Shown: positions 1 to 11,866, numbered from the stretch's first letter. The stretch is DNA of 64,000 nucleotides from Paraspadella gotoi (GCA_051294375.1 CM119263.1:22904833-22968832); one strand, 5' to 3'. Made by a program: numbers and translations. Notes: generated by a model from the letters alone, not told the origin.

Positions 1-812
1 TCTTTTTTGAACATCAAATTATGAATATTTTTTTAAAAAATTATGTTTCTCTCTATTAGTCCATCAGTATGTCCATCCAAAAAAAAAAAGAAAAAAAGGA
101 AAAAAAAGGAAAGAAAAAAAAAGAAAGATGACTGATTAGCTTCTTACCACTAAATATTGTGGCCACGTCATACATTGTTTGCTCAAACTTGTTTCTATAT
201 CTTTTAATTGAAATAAAATAATTAAGTTCAAAAATACAAATATTATAATTTTAGATAAAATATGGAATAAACGAGTTAACAATAATTTTAAAAAAAATGT
301 ATATTTTTTTTAGTTACATAAAACAAGTCTTGAATGATAGAGAGAGAGAAAAAGATAGAGAGAGAGAAAGAAAGAGAGAAAGAAAAAAGAAAGAAAAAAA
401 AGAAAAAAAGAGAAAAAAAAAGAGAAGAGAGAGAGAAAGAGAGAAGAGAGAGAGAGAGAGAGAAGTGAGAGAGAAAGAGAAAGAGAGAAAGAGAGAGTAA
501 CAGACAGGGAGAGATTCTCAGATACAATAACATTGTCAGAAAGTATATTTTTTTATCTAAACTTTGCTCTCTCCTTAACTCGCCCCAGGGGGAGCACTTT
601 TTTGCTCCCCAAGGGGTTACCCCCAGGGGCAGACTTTTTTTGGCCCACAGGGGGCCGCCCCCAGGGGGTTCCCCCTGGGGCAAACATTTTGGGTCTATTA
701 GGGGCGCCCCCTCAATGACCATTTTGCTGCTCCCCCTGGAATAGCCTGCCCCCTGGGGCGCCGCGCTAGAGGCCACCCGCGGGGCGGAGGATTTGGGAGA
801 TGACATATCTCA
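1..812. mobile_element. Right part of a non-autonomous TIR element (second copy of 7705-9814)
   Basis: 1-812 closely matches ~8990-9814 in the same orientation, including the GC-rich GGGGCGCCCC arm and the terminus GATGACATATCTC. Confidence 0.75.
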
Positions 813-1835
813 ATCTTTCACCCGTGCTTGCTCATTGTATGCTCAATGTATCAAAAAGGAATAAACAAAAAGAGAAAACACAATAAAAAAATGTACTGAG
901 GATAAAAATTTAAAAAAATGAAATGAAATTTGTTTTACGATCCTAAGCCTCTGTATGGTTTGGTAATATTTACAAAAAATATGACCATCAGATTTTATTT
1001 AATAACAATAAACAATGTGCTGGTTATTTGCAGTAATTTTGGTCAGTTAACAGATATTTTCTTTTTAATATCTTGTTGAACTGTAGCAATCATAATAAAA
1101 AAACCTTACAAGACTAAACTAAAGTCTCCGAGGCACATTTTTTGTTCAAGTAGTCTCAGCATTTTGGGATAATTGAATACAAATTGATAGTTTGTATATA
1201 TGGAACAAAAAAATCGTCATTCTAAGTCGTCACTAATTCAACACTTGACCTGAATGTCTTTTGTTTACCGAAGAGACTTCACGAGGCGGATTTTTTATTT
1301 CGTCTTTTTCATCCTGGTTTTTCTCCGACATCCTTTCGGTCACGGATAGTGGCTTTGGCATCCCTTTCTTCCATTGCCTTCTTCGAAATTCAGTCACGAA
1401 AAGGCCTTTAATTTCTGTTCTTTTTTATTCATTCATTCATGTATTATTGTTTTGTTCATTAACATTACTGATAAAACCGATTAAGTCCCAGACATTGGTT
1501 TCTACATTATTTTCTTCGATTTTCGTTGATGAAATCAGCTTTGACCTCCTTATCTTTTTTGTCATCCTTTGGTCTGCGCTTTCTCGTTTCTCTTCCTTTT
1601 ACTATATATTAGTATATATTATTATAAAAGTTATGAAATTTTTTTTCTAATCTTTTTTTAAATTAAAAATTCGGTTTCCGAGAGACAGTCGCATAGATAA
1701 TAGATAGATATTAGATATTTGGACTTGTTTGTCTTCCTCCGTAGTTCTTTTTCCCTGTTTGATTAATTCAAGCTTTTTCCCCACAACAATAACCTCATAA
1801 GTCATCGGGTTACTCACTCTTTCTTTTTTTCCTTT

Positions 1836-1977
<142 letters not shown>

Positions 1978-2040
1978 CCATTATCCCCGTGATTGTTTTT
2001 ATTGCTTTTCTTCTTTCCCATTTGCATCGGTTTTTGTTTT

Positions 2041-3263
2041 TAGTCGAATCTGCTTATCGCAGATTCCGACTCGAAATTCACTTTGTCGGTCCGTAGGTCC
2101 CACCCCAAAATCTTGTCGATAAATAATTTTTATCATATCAGAACCTCGAATTATGATAATTTATGCAAAAAATATTATGTCCGTTCGTCCGTCCGTCTGT
2201 ATGTCTGTCTGTCTGTCTGAAGGTCCGTCCCACCTTTTCATTAAACTCCAATTACTTGTGATTGGAGGAATAGATTGGATTGAAATTTTGTGTGTGGGTA
2301 GGGAAGTGTGTGATTGAGCTGGATATAAATTTTGATGGAAAAGTGCGAGTGGAAATGAGTTTAAATGGAAAAAACAAAAGTCACATTTACTTGAAGTATT
2401 TTATTATCTTTATTAAAAATTGGATAGATAGTGGAGGACGGTATTTTTAGAGATAAATAATTCGAGACCAAAGTAAAATGAATGTGAATTTATTTTAGCG
2501 TAACATCGAAGGGGAAAATGTACGCAGGAATAAAATAACAATGACTTTTACATGAACTACTTTGTTATGAAAGTAGGAATGTGAAAAGGGAATGGAATTT
2601 TAGGCCGAGAGATATTATTTACATTTATGTAATTCCCAGAATTCTCTCTCTCAATCTTCACTAGATAAATTTAAATAAAATTTTGTGTGTAGGTAGGAAA
2701 GTATGTAAGTATATAAGCTGGATATAAATTTTTGATGGAATCGTAGGAGTGAAAAAGAATTTAAATTAGAAAACCAAAAGACAGATTTATTTGAATTTTT
2801 AAAAGTTTCCCTCTCTCTATCTCTCTCTGATTGATTGATTGATTGACTGACCAAATTACGCCAGTTGACCAAATTATGCTAGTTGACCAAATTATGTCAG
2901 TTGACCAAATTATGTCATTTGTCCAAATTATGTCAGTTGACCAAATTATGCCAGTTAATCAAATTATGCCAGTTGACCAAATTATGCCAGCTGACCAAAT
3001 TATGCCAATTGACAAAATTATGCAAGTTAACCAAATTATGCAAGTTGGTATTGGCGCAGCGACTGGTAATGATTGATAGATCAATTGATTTATAAATTTT
3101 TTCATAGATTTATTAAGAAGTCTGTCATGATTTGTTATGTTACGTTTTGTTATGATCTGTTAGGATGACAAATTGAAAGTCAGAAAATATTACCTTGATT
3201 CATCATCGGATTAGCTGATTACCGCTTAATTATCGTTGGCAGACCCGACGTTTGCTCAAACTT
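2041..3263 (+). mobile_element. Helentron-associated non-autonomous element (HINE/DINE-1-like), family A
   Basis: 5' inverted repeat AGTCGAATCTGC...GCAGATTCCGACT, a GTCC/GTCT microsatellite (~2180-2220), central repeats, 3' subTIR GCAGACCCGAC plus hairpin GTTTGCTCAAAC, T-run flanks. Related copies at 11867-13256 and 32537-33662. Confidence 0.75.
2845..3047 (+). repeat. 18-bp tandem repeat (GTTGACCAAATTATGCCA, about 11 copies) inside HINE-A
   Basis: Directly visible. It explains the repetitive ORFs 2843..3076 and 2883..3095. Reverse-complement arrays lie at ~8135-8730 and ~12075-12240. Confidence 0.9.
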
Positions 3264-3443
3264 TTTTTTTTTTAGGTTTTTATCTATCGTTTCTCTCTCT
3301 CATATTTTTTCATTCTTTATTTTCTTTCAACGCTTTTGCTCGTATCTCGTTCTCTTCTCAAGTTGTCACCTCTTCCTTCTCGTCAACCCTACATAATCGG
3401 CGAATTCGCTTATCCTTTACATTATGGCAACGGGAGGATAGCC

Positions 3444-3682
3444 TGTGATACCCGGGGCGCGGGGTATCTCACAAACTGGCGTAGGGGCTGCGGACCCTCA
3501 GTGACCGCCTCATGTCACTGGCATGTTTATACCGGCACCGTCACATTTAAGCCAGAACCGGGATACCCAGGGATTGAACCCGGGACGCACGGATGGAATG
3601 AGATGATTTAGCCTGCTCAGCCATTGAGACGAGGCTGAGGACGGACAGCAGTGAGGCAGCTTTAAGTCTTGCTGCCACAACA
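3444..3682 (-). mobile_element. tRNA-containing LTR-like element, family 2 (Helenus-like LTR or tRNA-SINE)
   Basis: Minus strand runs TG...CA. It has a 5' hairpin GGCAGC-N10-GCTGCC, A box TGGCTGAGCAGG (3612-3623), B box GGTTCAATCCC (3570-3580), and a purine tract AAAAAGGAAA just upstream (3683-3692). No TSD seen. Confidence 0.6.
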
Positions 3683-4495
3683 TTTCCTTTTTAACCATTA
3701 GACTTTCGAGTCTCCCTTCTCCTTATCTTTCTAATTCCCTGTCGAGGATTCGTCATCCGCGGAAGGGATTTCCCTTCTTCGTCTCCTCATTCTTTTCCCC
3801 CCCCCAATATTTCTTTCGCGGGAATTTTTTTCTTTTCAGATGAGCAATTTTCCCCATCCCTAATTTCCTTTCATTTGATTTTAATTTTAATTTTGAAATT
3901 AAGTAAAAGAATTGTTGAACGTTTTTTTTTTCCCAATTCCATCATTAGTTCAATTCAAGCCTTTAATTATCTCTATTGTCTCTCTCACTATTATTAAGCT
4001 GTGACCACTAATCACTAATCAAATCAATCAAGGCGACAAGTATGGTTCAGATTTTGCTGGAAACAAGATGTAAAATAACGAGGCATTTGCGGGGGCGTTT
4101 AAATCACCGATATTCAAATTTACCGTGAACATTACCAAAAAAAAAAAAAAAAGAATTATTGTTGTAATTGCCAAAGAAATTATATATTTTACCGATTTGA
4201 ATTATGTTCTATAATAATTTTACCTCACTGTAAAGAGATGTTATGATCTTCAAAAAAGTACGAAAGAGAGAGGAAAAAAAGAAAGAATATGGAGAAAGAG
4301 AGAGAGAGAGANNNNNNNNNNGAGAGAGAGAGAGAGCGCAAGACTCCTGCGAAATGTTATTTTTCTCTTCATCACGTCGGTGATCGTCTTCAGTTTCTTA
4401 TGCCATGGTGTTTATGGATTCCCACGTCAAGCCACCACAGGAGATATGAAACTTTCACGAAGTATTTTCGCTGGGAAAAAAATTGAGGCAGAGGA

Positions 4496-4533
<38 letters not shown>

Positions 4534-5852
4534 AACGGAAGGTAAGAGAAATAGTTCATTAATCTTCCGAGAACGTGAGGCGACAATCGACGAAATCTTA
4601 GCGGAGTGAAAATTGTGGCAACGCCTTTGCTTGAATCACGAACAGTTTTGTGATATAGAGCTCACTGATTTAGTTAAAAATAATATAAATATGAATATAG
4701 CTGATTATGCGAAAGAAACAAAGTGAGTAATCTTAGACGTACTAAACAGTAGAGGGAGAATTATTCTTTCCAGGCTTTTCAGTTTTTACTTAACCCATAT
4801 ATTACCGTGACGATTTACCCAGCAACATTATTCGGAGCTAAATGATTCTTTTTCTCATGAATCCTGAAAAATCTTTTTTTTTTTCACAGCCCGAGTTTAC
4901 GCCCGTGGAAGGGGAAATCATTCCATTAATCAACGGATCAATTTTTCTAAAAACGAAACGGAAAAAAAAAATATCCAATCTGTATTCTCTCTCGTTTTTT
5001 GCAGTTTTTTTTTTTAATTCGAGGCAGCATCCTTTTGCGCACGCCATGCATATTTGTTTTTTTTTCTTTTAGTTTTAAAATATTGTAGCTTCTCAATTTT
5101 TTTGTTTAAGAGGTCATTAAAACCTAAGAAGCATTATCTTCTAAAAGCACCACTTCAGGGTAAACAATAAAAATTCCTCTTTTAGGATTCACATAAAAAT
5201 TAAACTACTGTTTGAAAAACGTTATTCATCGTATTAAAATTTTAATTCAATTTAATTTAATTTAAGTAAATAAAGAAATTTAAAAGAAAAAAAAAACGCT
5301 GTTTAAAAATGTTTATGTTCAGTTTTGTGCGTTTGCCCTTTATAGACTTCTTGTCGCGGCGGCTGAAGCCGCTACATTCATCTTCAGTCTGTCTGTCAGT
5401 CATAATGTATATTACATTTTTTTAAATTAAAACGAATATTAATTTTTCCATTCAAATATATAAAGTTTAATTTACACATTTACAATTTATTGTAAATAGT
5501 ATTAACTTCCTATGACCTAAAAGTTTTTGTCTTTTGCTTTTTCTTCTCTGTTCGTCTCTTCTTTTCGAACGGCCACGCCGGCCGCTCTCTCAGTCTCAAT
5601 GTCAAAAACAATATCGTTTTTCTCTTTAATTTATTTTTTTCCCAGTTGTTCCTCCTGCCGATCGGAATTGTGACAATTTCGGCTTCGCGTCTGTCCGTTT
5701 ATTTGTTTATCTTTGTCTGTCAGTCAAAAAACGAGGATACAATCGCTTTTTACCTTTTGTACGTATGTATGTACGTATAAGTCGTATATCGCTACTTTAT
5801 TGCAATATGATAACGATTCGATGTTCATTTGTCTTCCATCCTCGTCATTCAG

Positions 5853-5970
5853 GTCCCCGCCCTCACCATCGCCATCATCCCCTCGTTCAGCGTTCTCGTC
5901 CTCAACGGACTCACCCTTTGGAAGATCGTATCTCGACGCAGCGGGCCGGAAACTCTGCCCGACAATTCGG
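5853..5970 (+). CDS. Rhodopsin-class peptide GPCR, internal exon encoding TM5
   Basis: CAG acceptor at 5850-5852 and GTAAG donor at 5971. Translates VPALTIAIIPSFSVLVLNGLTLWKIVSRRSGPETLPDNS. Phase 1 joins the next exon in frame. Confidence 0.8.
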
Positions 5971-6286
5971 GTAAGTTTTTATCAAGTTTTTGACAAATTG
6001 AAACAGAAAGAAATGTTTATTGAGTGGGAAGCTAAATATTTTTGGAATTAATAAAGTTGCTGTGAGTGAGTTTTGATTAAAAGCTTGCAGGGCCCTGCTG
6101 TTATTATTTTGTAAGAGGGAAAGAACCCACCATAGCTTGCCAAAAGTCAGAGGCAAAATAGCCTATTTTTTGAATGAATAGATAATTTCTTGATGATATC
6201 GACTACTACTACTGTATTAAGGATTTTAATTCTATTTTAATGCTATCACCTAACATAAAACTATTCGCTTCAATTTCGCCCGACAG

Positions 6287-7011
6287 GATACAAAACGTGC
6301 CAGCGCGGTCGCGGCGTCGGCGGCGGCGGCGGCGGCGGCGGCGTCGACGACGAGGCTGCGTCCATCAGCCACGGGGACGGAACTTCAGCGCTGTCGCCGA
6401 TCGAGGAAGAGCGACGGAGTCAACTCAGCCAGAAACCGGACGATCTGTCGACGACGACGAACGGACCTCTCATCATGATGACCTCGTCCTCGGACGGCGA
6501 ACAAATGCACAAGGTCACCTGGAAGAGCGTGCAGCGGAAAGTGGCGCTGGAGGAATCCTACGCCGCCGCCTCTGCCGCCGCCTCCGTCCGTTTTCAGGAT
6601 AAGAAGGGAGGAGGCGGCGTCGCCGGTTCCATCGGCGGCCGAGTCGTCGCCGCTCGATACGTCGCCAATGGCGCCGCCATCTCATTAACGCTCAATCAAC
6701 CGGCGCTTTCTAATTATTCTGATGCGTCGCCCTGCGTGACGCCGACCAACGACCGAGAATCTTCGGATCTCTCGTTGCCGGAAATCGACGAGATGTGGAG
6801 CCGGAACGTGGCCAGCGCTACCGGGACCATCGCGAGCGCTTCCTGCGGCGCCGGCGTCTCCTCCGCGGCGTCGGGCGGATCTGGCCTGTCGGCCAGGACG
6901 CATCTCGGCCGGATTCTGCGACTCGAACGACATCGATCGGCGCCGGAAAAACTGAACAGCAGCACGCTCACCCTTAACTCGATGGAGAGGAGCCCGAAGA
7001 GAAGACGAAAG
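6287..7011 (+). CDS. Same GPCR, exon encoding most of a long Ser/Gly/Ala-rich third intracellular loop
   Basis: CAG acceptor at 6284-6286. Open frame GYKTCQRGRGVGGG...MMTSSSDGEQ...RSPKRRRK (includes track ORF 6475..). GTGGGT donor at 7012, phase 0. Confidence 0.75.
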
Positions 7012-7586
7012 GTGGGTGGGGAAAAAAGATCAGGGTCGAGACAATTCGAAAACAATTTTTGGATTAATAGGAAAACATTCATATATTTATCTAATTATGT
7101 ATAGCTTTATTTTATTTATTATATTGTATTGATTGCATTTATTTATTTAAATGATATAGTAATTCTAGTAAGTATGTTTGGTATTTACATTTGTTTAGGT
7201 GTTCCGTAAAATAGTGAAGAAATTTTTATAGTCGTCGTTTAAAAGCGAAACATGATTCATGAATTTTACGACTTAATATAGGGGTGGGACCCTATATATA
7301 GTCAAAACTTAACGTCCTGCCCGGTCTAAACGATTTGATACACATTTTACACAATAATAAAATGAGTGGCAAAAGTTTTTTTGGGGCTTTTTACTTTTAT
7401 ATACAATGGAAAAGCAACAACAAGGCGTCGTTTTTATTCGTTTTTATTCGCGCGTATTGTATTGCATACGATAAAAGCCATATTATTCAGTGGTCGTTTC
7501 TGAACATGACCTTGTTATGTCTTATCTTTAATTCACCTTATTATAAGCTTTCCGTAAATTATTCAAATTAAACCTATTAACCTATA

Positions 7587-7675
7587 TATGGTGGACTAAA
7601 ATCAAACAACCGTTCATCACCGGCCATTGGTGCCGGAGGCAAGTCATTCGCCTCAAAACCCAAAGGTCCGGGGTT
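7587..7675 (+). mobile_element. Truncated tRNA-containing LTR (family 1), 5' part
   Basis: TATGGTGGACTAAAATC...GGCCATTGGTGCCGGAGGCAAGTCATTCGCCTC...GGTCCGGGGTT matches the reverse complement of ~11530-11617. Confidence 0.8.
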
Positions 7676-7704
7676 TATCAACTTTTTATGACGAATCCAA
7701 ATCT

Positions 7705-9814
7705 CAAGTATGTCATCCTTCAGAATCGCTTCCCCCGGGGGCGGTGCTGGGGCGGCCGCCCGCGGAGTGGCCCCGCGGGGCCGCCCGCGAGGGCAGGAGG
7801 CAAATCTTTACCGCCTGGGGGCGGCCCCCTGTAAGCCTCTTTTTTGGGGCCCCAAGGGCCACTCCAGGGGGAATCCCCCTGGGGCTAGAAAAACCTTTCC
7901 CCCCGGGGCCACCCCCCAGGGGGATGGATTTTTCTGCCCCCCTGGAATGGCTTCTCTCCCTCCCTATCTCTCTCTTTCCTCTCTCTCTCCTCTCTCTCTC
8001 TTTCTCCTTCCCTGCTGTTTCTCTCTCTCTCTTTCTCATCTATTTTTTTTTTCCATCTTTCATTATAATAAAATATAAAATTAATATTTTTCACTTCTAT
8101 TAATCATCAATGGACCAATAGCTGTACCAATACCAACTTGCATAATTTGGTCAACTTACATGCTATGTCATTATCTTGTAAGAGTGATGAAGGCGCTTAA
8201 ACCACCAAAGCCTGTCCAAGATCAGGGGCAAGATAGCTTATTTATTAAATGAATGGATAATTTTATATTGGTTGTACCAATTTCATAATTTAGTCAAATG
8301 ACATAATTTGGTCACCTGACATAGATTTGGTCACTAATATAATTGAGTCAACTTTTAGAATTTGGTAAACTTTTATAATTTGGTAAACTTTGATAATTTG
8401 GTTAACTTTAACATATTTGGTCAACTAGCAAAGTTTGGTAATTTTTTTGATAGACATTATGTATAGACTTTCGATTTTTCGTTGTTTGGGCATTAAGAGA
8501 AAAACATTTTTATTTGTTTTGACAACAAATTTTTTTATAATTTAGTCAATTTACTTAATTGGTTAACCTTCATAATTTTATTAACTTTTATAATTAGGTG
8601 AACTTTATAATTTGGTAAACTTTCATCATTTGGTTAAAATTTATATTTGGTAAACTTCATCATTTGGTAAACTTTTATATTTGGTAAACTTTTAATAATT
8701 TAATCAACTTACATAATTCAATCAACTTTAAGTCCATCCTATATTAGCATTAAACTCTAATTATTTGTAATTAAATAGATGGATTGGAATAAAATTTTGT
8801 ATATGGGTAGAAAAGTATGTGATTGAGCTAAATATAAAGTTTTGCTAACTTTGTCTCTAAACCGTCAGCCTCTGCTAAACAACGTGAGTTCATCATAGGC
8901 AATCTACAAACTGATGATTATTAATTACAAATCCTAAATGAAAAATTTTATTTCACGATGTGAAATAATATTGATCATGAATTAAAAATCTTGATAAATG
9001 TTTTTATTATTTTTTTGTGGGGCTCCATTTTAAAAAATTATGTCTCTCTCTATCAGTCCATCAGTATGTCGATCCAACAAAAAAAAAAGGAAAAAAAATG
9101 AAAAAAAAAAAGACAGATGACTGATTAGCTTTTTACGCACTAAATTTTTTGGCCACGTCCTACATTGTTTGCTCAAACTTGTTTCTATATCTTTTTAATT
9201 AAAATAAAATAATTGGGTTAAAAATACAAATATTTATAAATTTTTTAGATAAAATAAGGAATAAACAAATTAACAAAAATTTGAAAAAAATGTATATTTA
9301 ATTCAGTTACATGAAAACAAGTCTTGAAAGAAAGAAAACAAAATTTAGAGAAAGAGAAAAAAAAGAAAGAGAGAATGAGAAAAAGAGAGAAAAAGAGAAA
9401 GAGAGAAAGAGAAAGAGAGAGAGAGAAAAAAAAAGTAGAGGAGAAAGAGAGAGAGAGAGAGAGAGTACAGAGTAGGGAGAGATATTCTCAGATACAATAA
9501 CATAGTCAGAAAGTATATTTTCTCATCTAAACTTTGCTCTCTCCCTAACTCGCCCGCTGGGGGAGCAGTTTTTTTGCTCCCCAGGGTTAGCCCCAGGGGC
9601 AGACTTTTTTGGCCCCAGGGGGCTAAGCATTAGGGGCGCCCCTAATAGACCCCAAAATGTTGGCCCCTGGGGGAACCCCCCTGGGCGGCCCCCTGAGGCA
9701 ATCCAGAGGGGCGGCCCCCTCAATGACCATTTTACTGCTCCCCTGGAATAGTGCCCCTGGGGCCGCCCCTAGAGCCACCCCGGGGGCGGAGGATTTGGGA
9801 GATGACATATTCTC
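7705..9814. mobile_element. 2.1-kb non-autonomous TIR element with long, imperfect, GC-rich arms and an 8-bp TSD
   Basis: Termini (A)AGTATGTCATC / GATGACATATTCTC. CCAAATCT is duplicated at 7697-7704 and 9815-9822. Removing the element restores the CAGTA-MITE sequence seen at ~17690-17730. Confidence 0.7.
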
Positions 9815-10032
9815 CCAAATCTGCAAAAAAATCTTAGTAAAACCTGTTTTAAAAATTTTTAGACCATTTATTGTGATTTAAGTACTAGTATAAATAAGGC
9901 CTACTGCGTAAATTGTTAAATTTATAAAAAAAATTTTTTTATACATAAATCTTCATTAGTATAATGTTGTTCGTTCCTCACTTTTAGAATTTTTATTAAA
10001 GTTAAATTTAGAAATTTTACTACGCCTTACTG
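9815..10032. mobile_element. Partial CAGTA-ended foldback MITE (right arm)
   Basis: Matches ~17712-17920 and ends ...TACTACGCCTTACTG. Confidence 0.8.
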
Positions 10033-11094
10033 TACATCGATCTAGTTTTTTAGGACAGTTATTTCTTTATTTCTATGCATATATAATAGGACGGGCTAAA
10101 ATTTAATATTTTTTACCAACGACCAAACCAGCCCGAGCGCGAGTCTCGTGTCTCGTCAGCCACGCATCCAGCCTCCTCTTCCTCCTCACAATATGAAATA
10201 GTCTGAAATAAAAGTCTTTTGTCATTTTACAATCAAATTTATTTATGATGTTAGATTTTGATAAAATTCCTTTTCCTCACGCATGGAAGCATTTTAATAT
10301 TTAACAATATATAAGAAATGCTTTACAAATTTTAAAAATCATATTGATAAATCGGTTAAAATTTAAAAAAACCTTAAAAAATCATTATCATTATCATCAT
10401 TCAATAAATTAGATAGTTTATATTAATTTTTATAGACAAATCATTAAAATTACAAAAAATTGTAATAATTAAAAGTTACATAAACAAATTTTTTACATTA
10501 TAGAGTATTTTAATAATATGAAATAGCATCCATGCGTTTAACTATATGGTCTTTCAATACAATTGAAACATTCTTTGAAATATTATACCACTTCATTGAT
10601 ATGGAATTATGGATGCCAGGTACTCTGAAAGTGAACAAACGAGACTGTGAGAGAGCCTTGTAAGAGTGATGGAGGCCTTAAACCACCAAAGACTGTCCAA
10701 AGTCAGGGGCAAGATAGCTTGATTAATGATTATTGATTAATAAATGAATGGTGAAGAGACAGTAATTATTGTTATGTGTTAGTGACAGAACCGTTCAATA
10801 TAAGTAGAAATCTACTATGAAATTAAATTCAATAGGGGCGGGGGTTCAAAACTTTATTCTTGAAGTCTACTTTTAGGTAAAAAAAGAATTTTTGAAAAAA
10901 GTTCGATTTTAATGCTTTTATTGTTGTTATTTAAAAAATGTCTAAATTTTCGTTTGAGCAGGTGCTTAATTCAATTTCTTAACCACCTTACTGAGTTAGT
11001 CTCCCCCTAATATAAGCAGTCCTTGAGCTTCAGATCAGGCTGTAACACCATGTTACAGGCGGGTTAAGCGCCCCGTCCCTCTTAACTGCCAGAC

Positions 11095-11162
11095 GACCAC
11101 CGGGCTAGAACCCCGGACCTTTGGGTTGGGAGGCGAATGACTTGCCTCCGGAACCAATGGCC
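11095..11162 (-). promoter_or_regulatory. tRNA(Gly)-like Pol III A/B-box module in the 3' LTR
   Basis: Near-identical to the module at 11515-11582. Confidence 0.65.
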
Positions 11163-11514
11163 GCTGATGAACGGTTGGTGGATTTTAGTCCACCATACAT
11201 CCCCCCCTCCCATAGGGAGAAGTCTGTTGCCTCTCTTCAGTGAATTGTTGTTTGGTGGAAAGTTCATCACCAAGTTGAGGCATGTCGCCTGATGTGTTGT
11301 GGGCGGAAAGTGCATCGCCAGGTTGAGGCATGTTGCCTGAAAGTGTTGTTGTTGCTGTTGTGTTCGGAAGTCGGGCTCACCATTGAAGAGACAGTAATTA
11401 TTGTTATGTGTTAGTGACAGAACCGTTCAATATAAGCAGTCACTGAGCTTCGGATCAGGCTGAAACACCATGTTACAGGCGGGTTAAGCGCCCCGTCCCT
11501 CTTAACTGCCAGAC

Positions 11515-11582
11515 GACCACCGGGCTAGAACCCCGGACCTTTGGGTTGGGAGGCGAATGACTTGCCTCCGGCACCAATGGCC
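11515..11582 (-). promoter_or_regulatory. tRNA(Gly)-like Pol III A/B-box module in the 5' LTR
   Basis: GGCCATT...GGTGGTC acceptor-like stem, A-box-like TGGTGCCGGAGG, TCGCCTCCCA as in tRNA-Gly(CCC), and T-arm CCGGG-GTTCTAG-CCCGG. The anticodon stem pairs poorly, so it is not a functional tRNA. Confidence 0.65.
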
Positions 11583-11866
11583 GTTGATGAACGGTTGGTG
11601 GATTTTAGTCCACCATAATGGATAATTTTTATGTTGGTTGTTCCAATGTTATAAAAAAAATTTTCGATCGTTTATGAGACTGGGGAGGAGGGGAGAGTGA
11701 GGGAAGAAGGGAAAGGTCACTTCAGTTCTTCCCGGATATGTCGGCATCAATAAATATTGGCTTATTGATCACGTGACAAAAAAAGAAGTAAACCGAAAAA
11801 CATTTTTCTGTCATTTATTTTAGAATATGAAATGGAAAAACTTGAGCGAAAAGTCGATTTCATGAG

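Larger units (their letters stand above)
10752..11617 (-). mobile_element. Complete TRIM (non-autonomous miniature LTR retrotransposon) with tRNA-like sequence in both LTRs (Helenus-like)
   Basis: 5' LTR 11384-11617 (234 bp). 3' LTR 10752-11197 (234 bp once a 204-bp insert and 8-bp duplication are removed). PBS TGGTGAGCCCGAC at 11370-11382, PPT GGGAGGGGGGGA at 11200-11211, ATGG/CCAT TSD at 10748-10751 and 11618-11621. Empty-site homolog at ~8245-8280. Confidence 0.88.

Noticed and set aside
11165-11200. CTGATGA plus a hairpin as a hammerhead ribozyme
   Set aside because: There is no GAAA or stem III after the hairpin, and the other LTR has TTGATGA. It is the antisense of the LTR 5' end.
11515-11582. 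Functional tRNA-Gly gene
   Set aside because: The anticodon stem does not pair and the D-arm is irregular. It lies inside a repeated LTR.
11008-11617. Two tandem tRNA-SINEs
   Set aside because: The PBS, PPT, fixed termini upstream of the tRNA head and one TSD around the whole unit fit an LTR structure.
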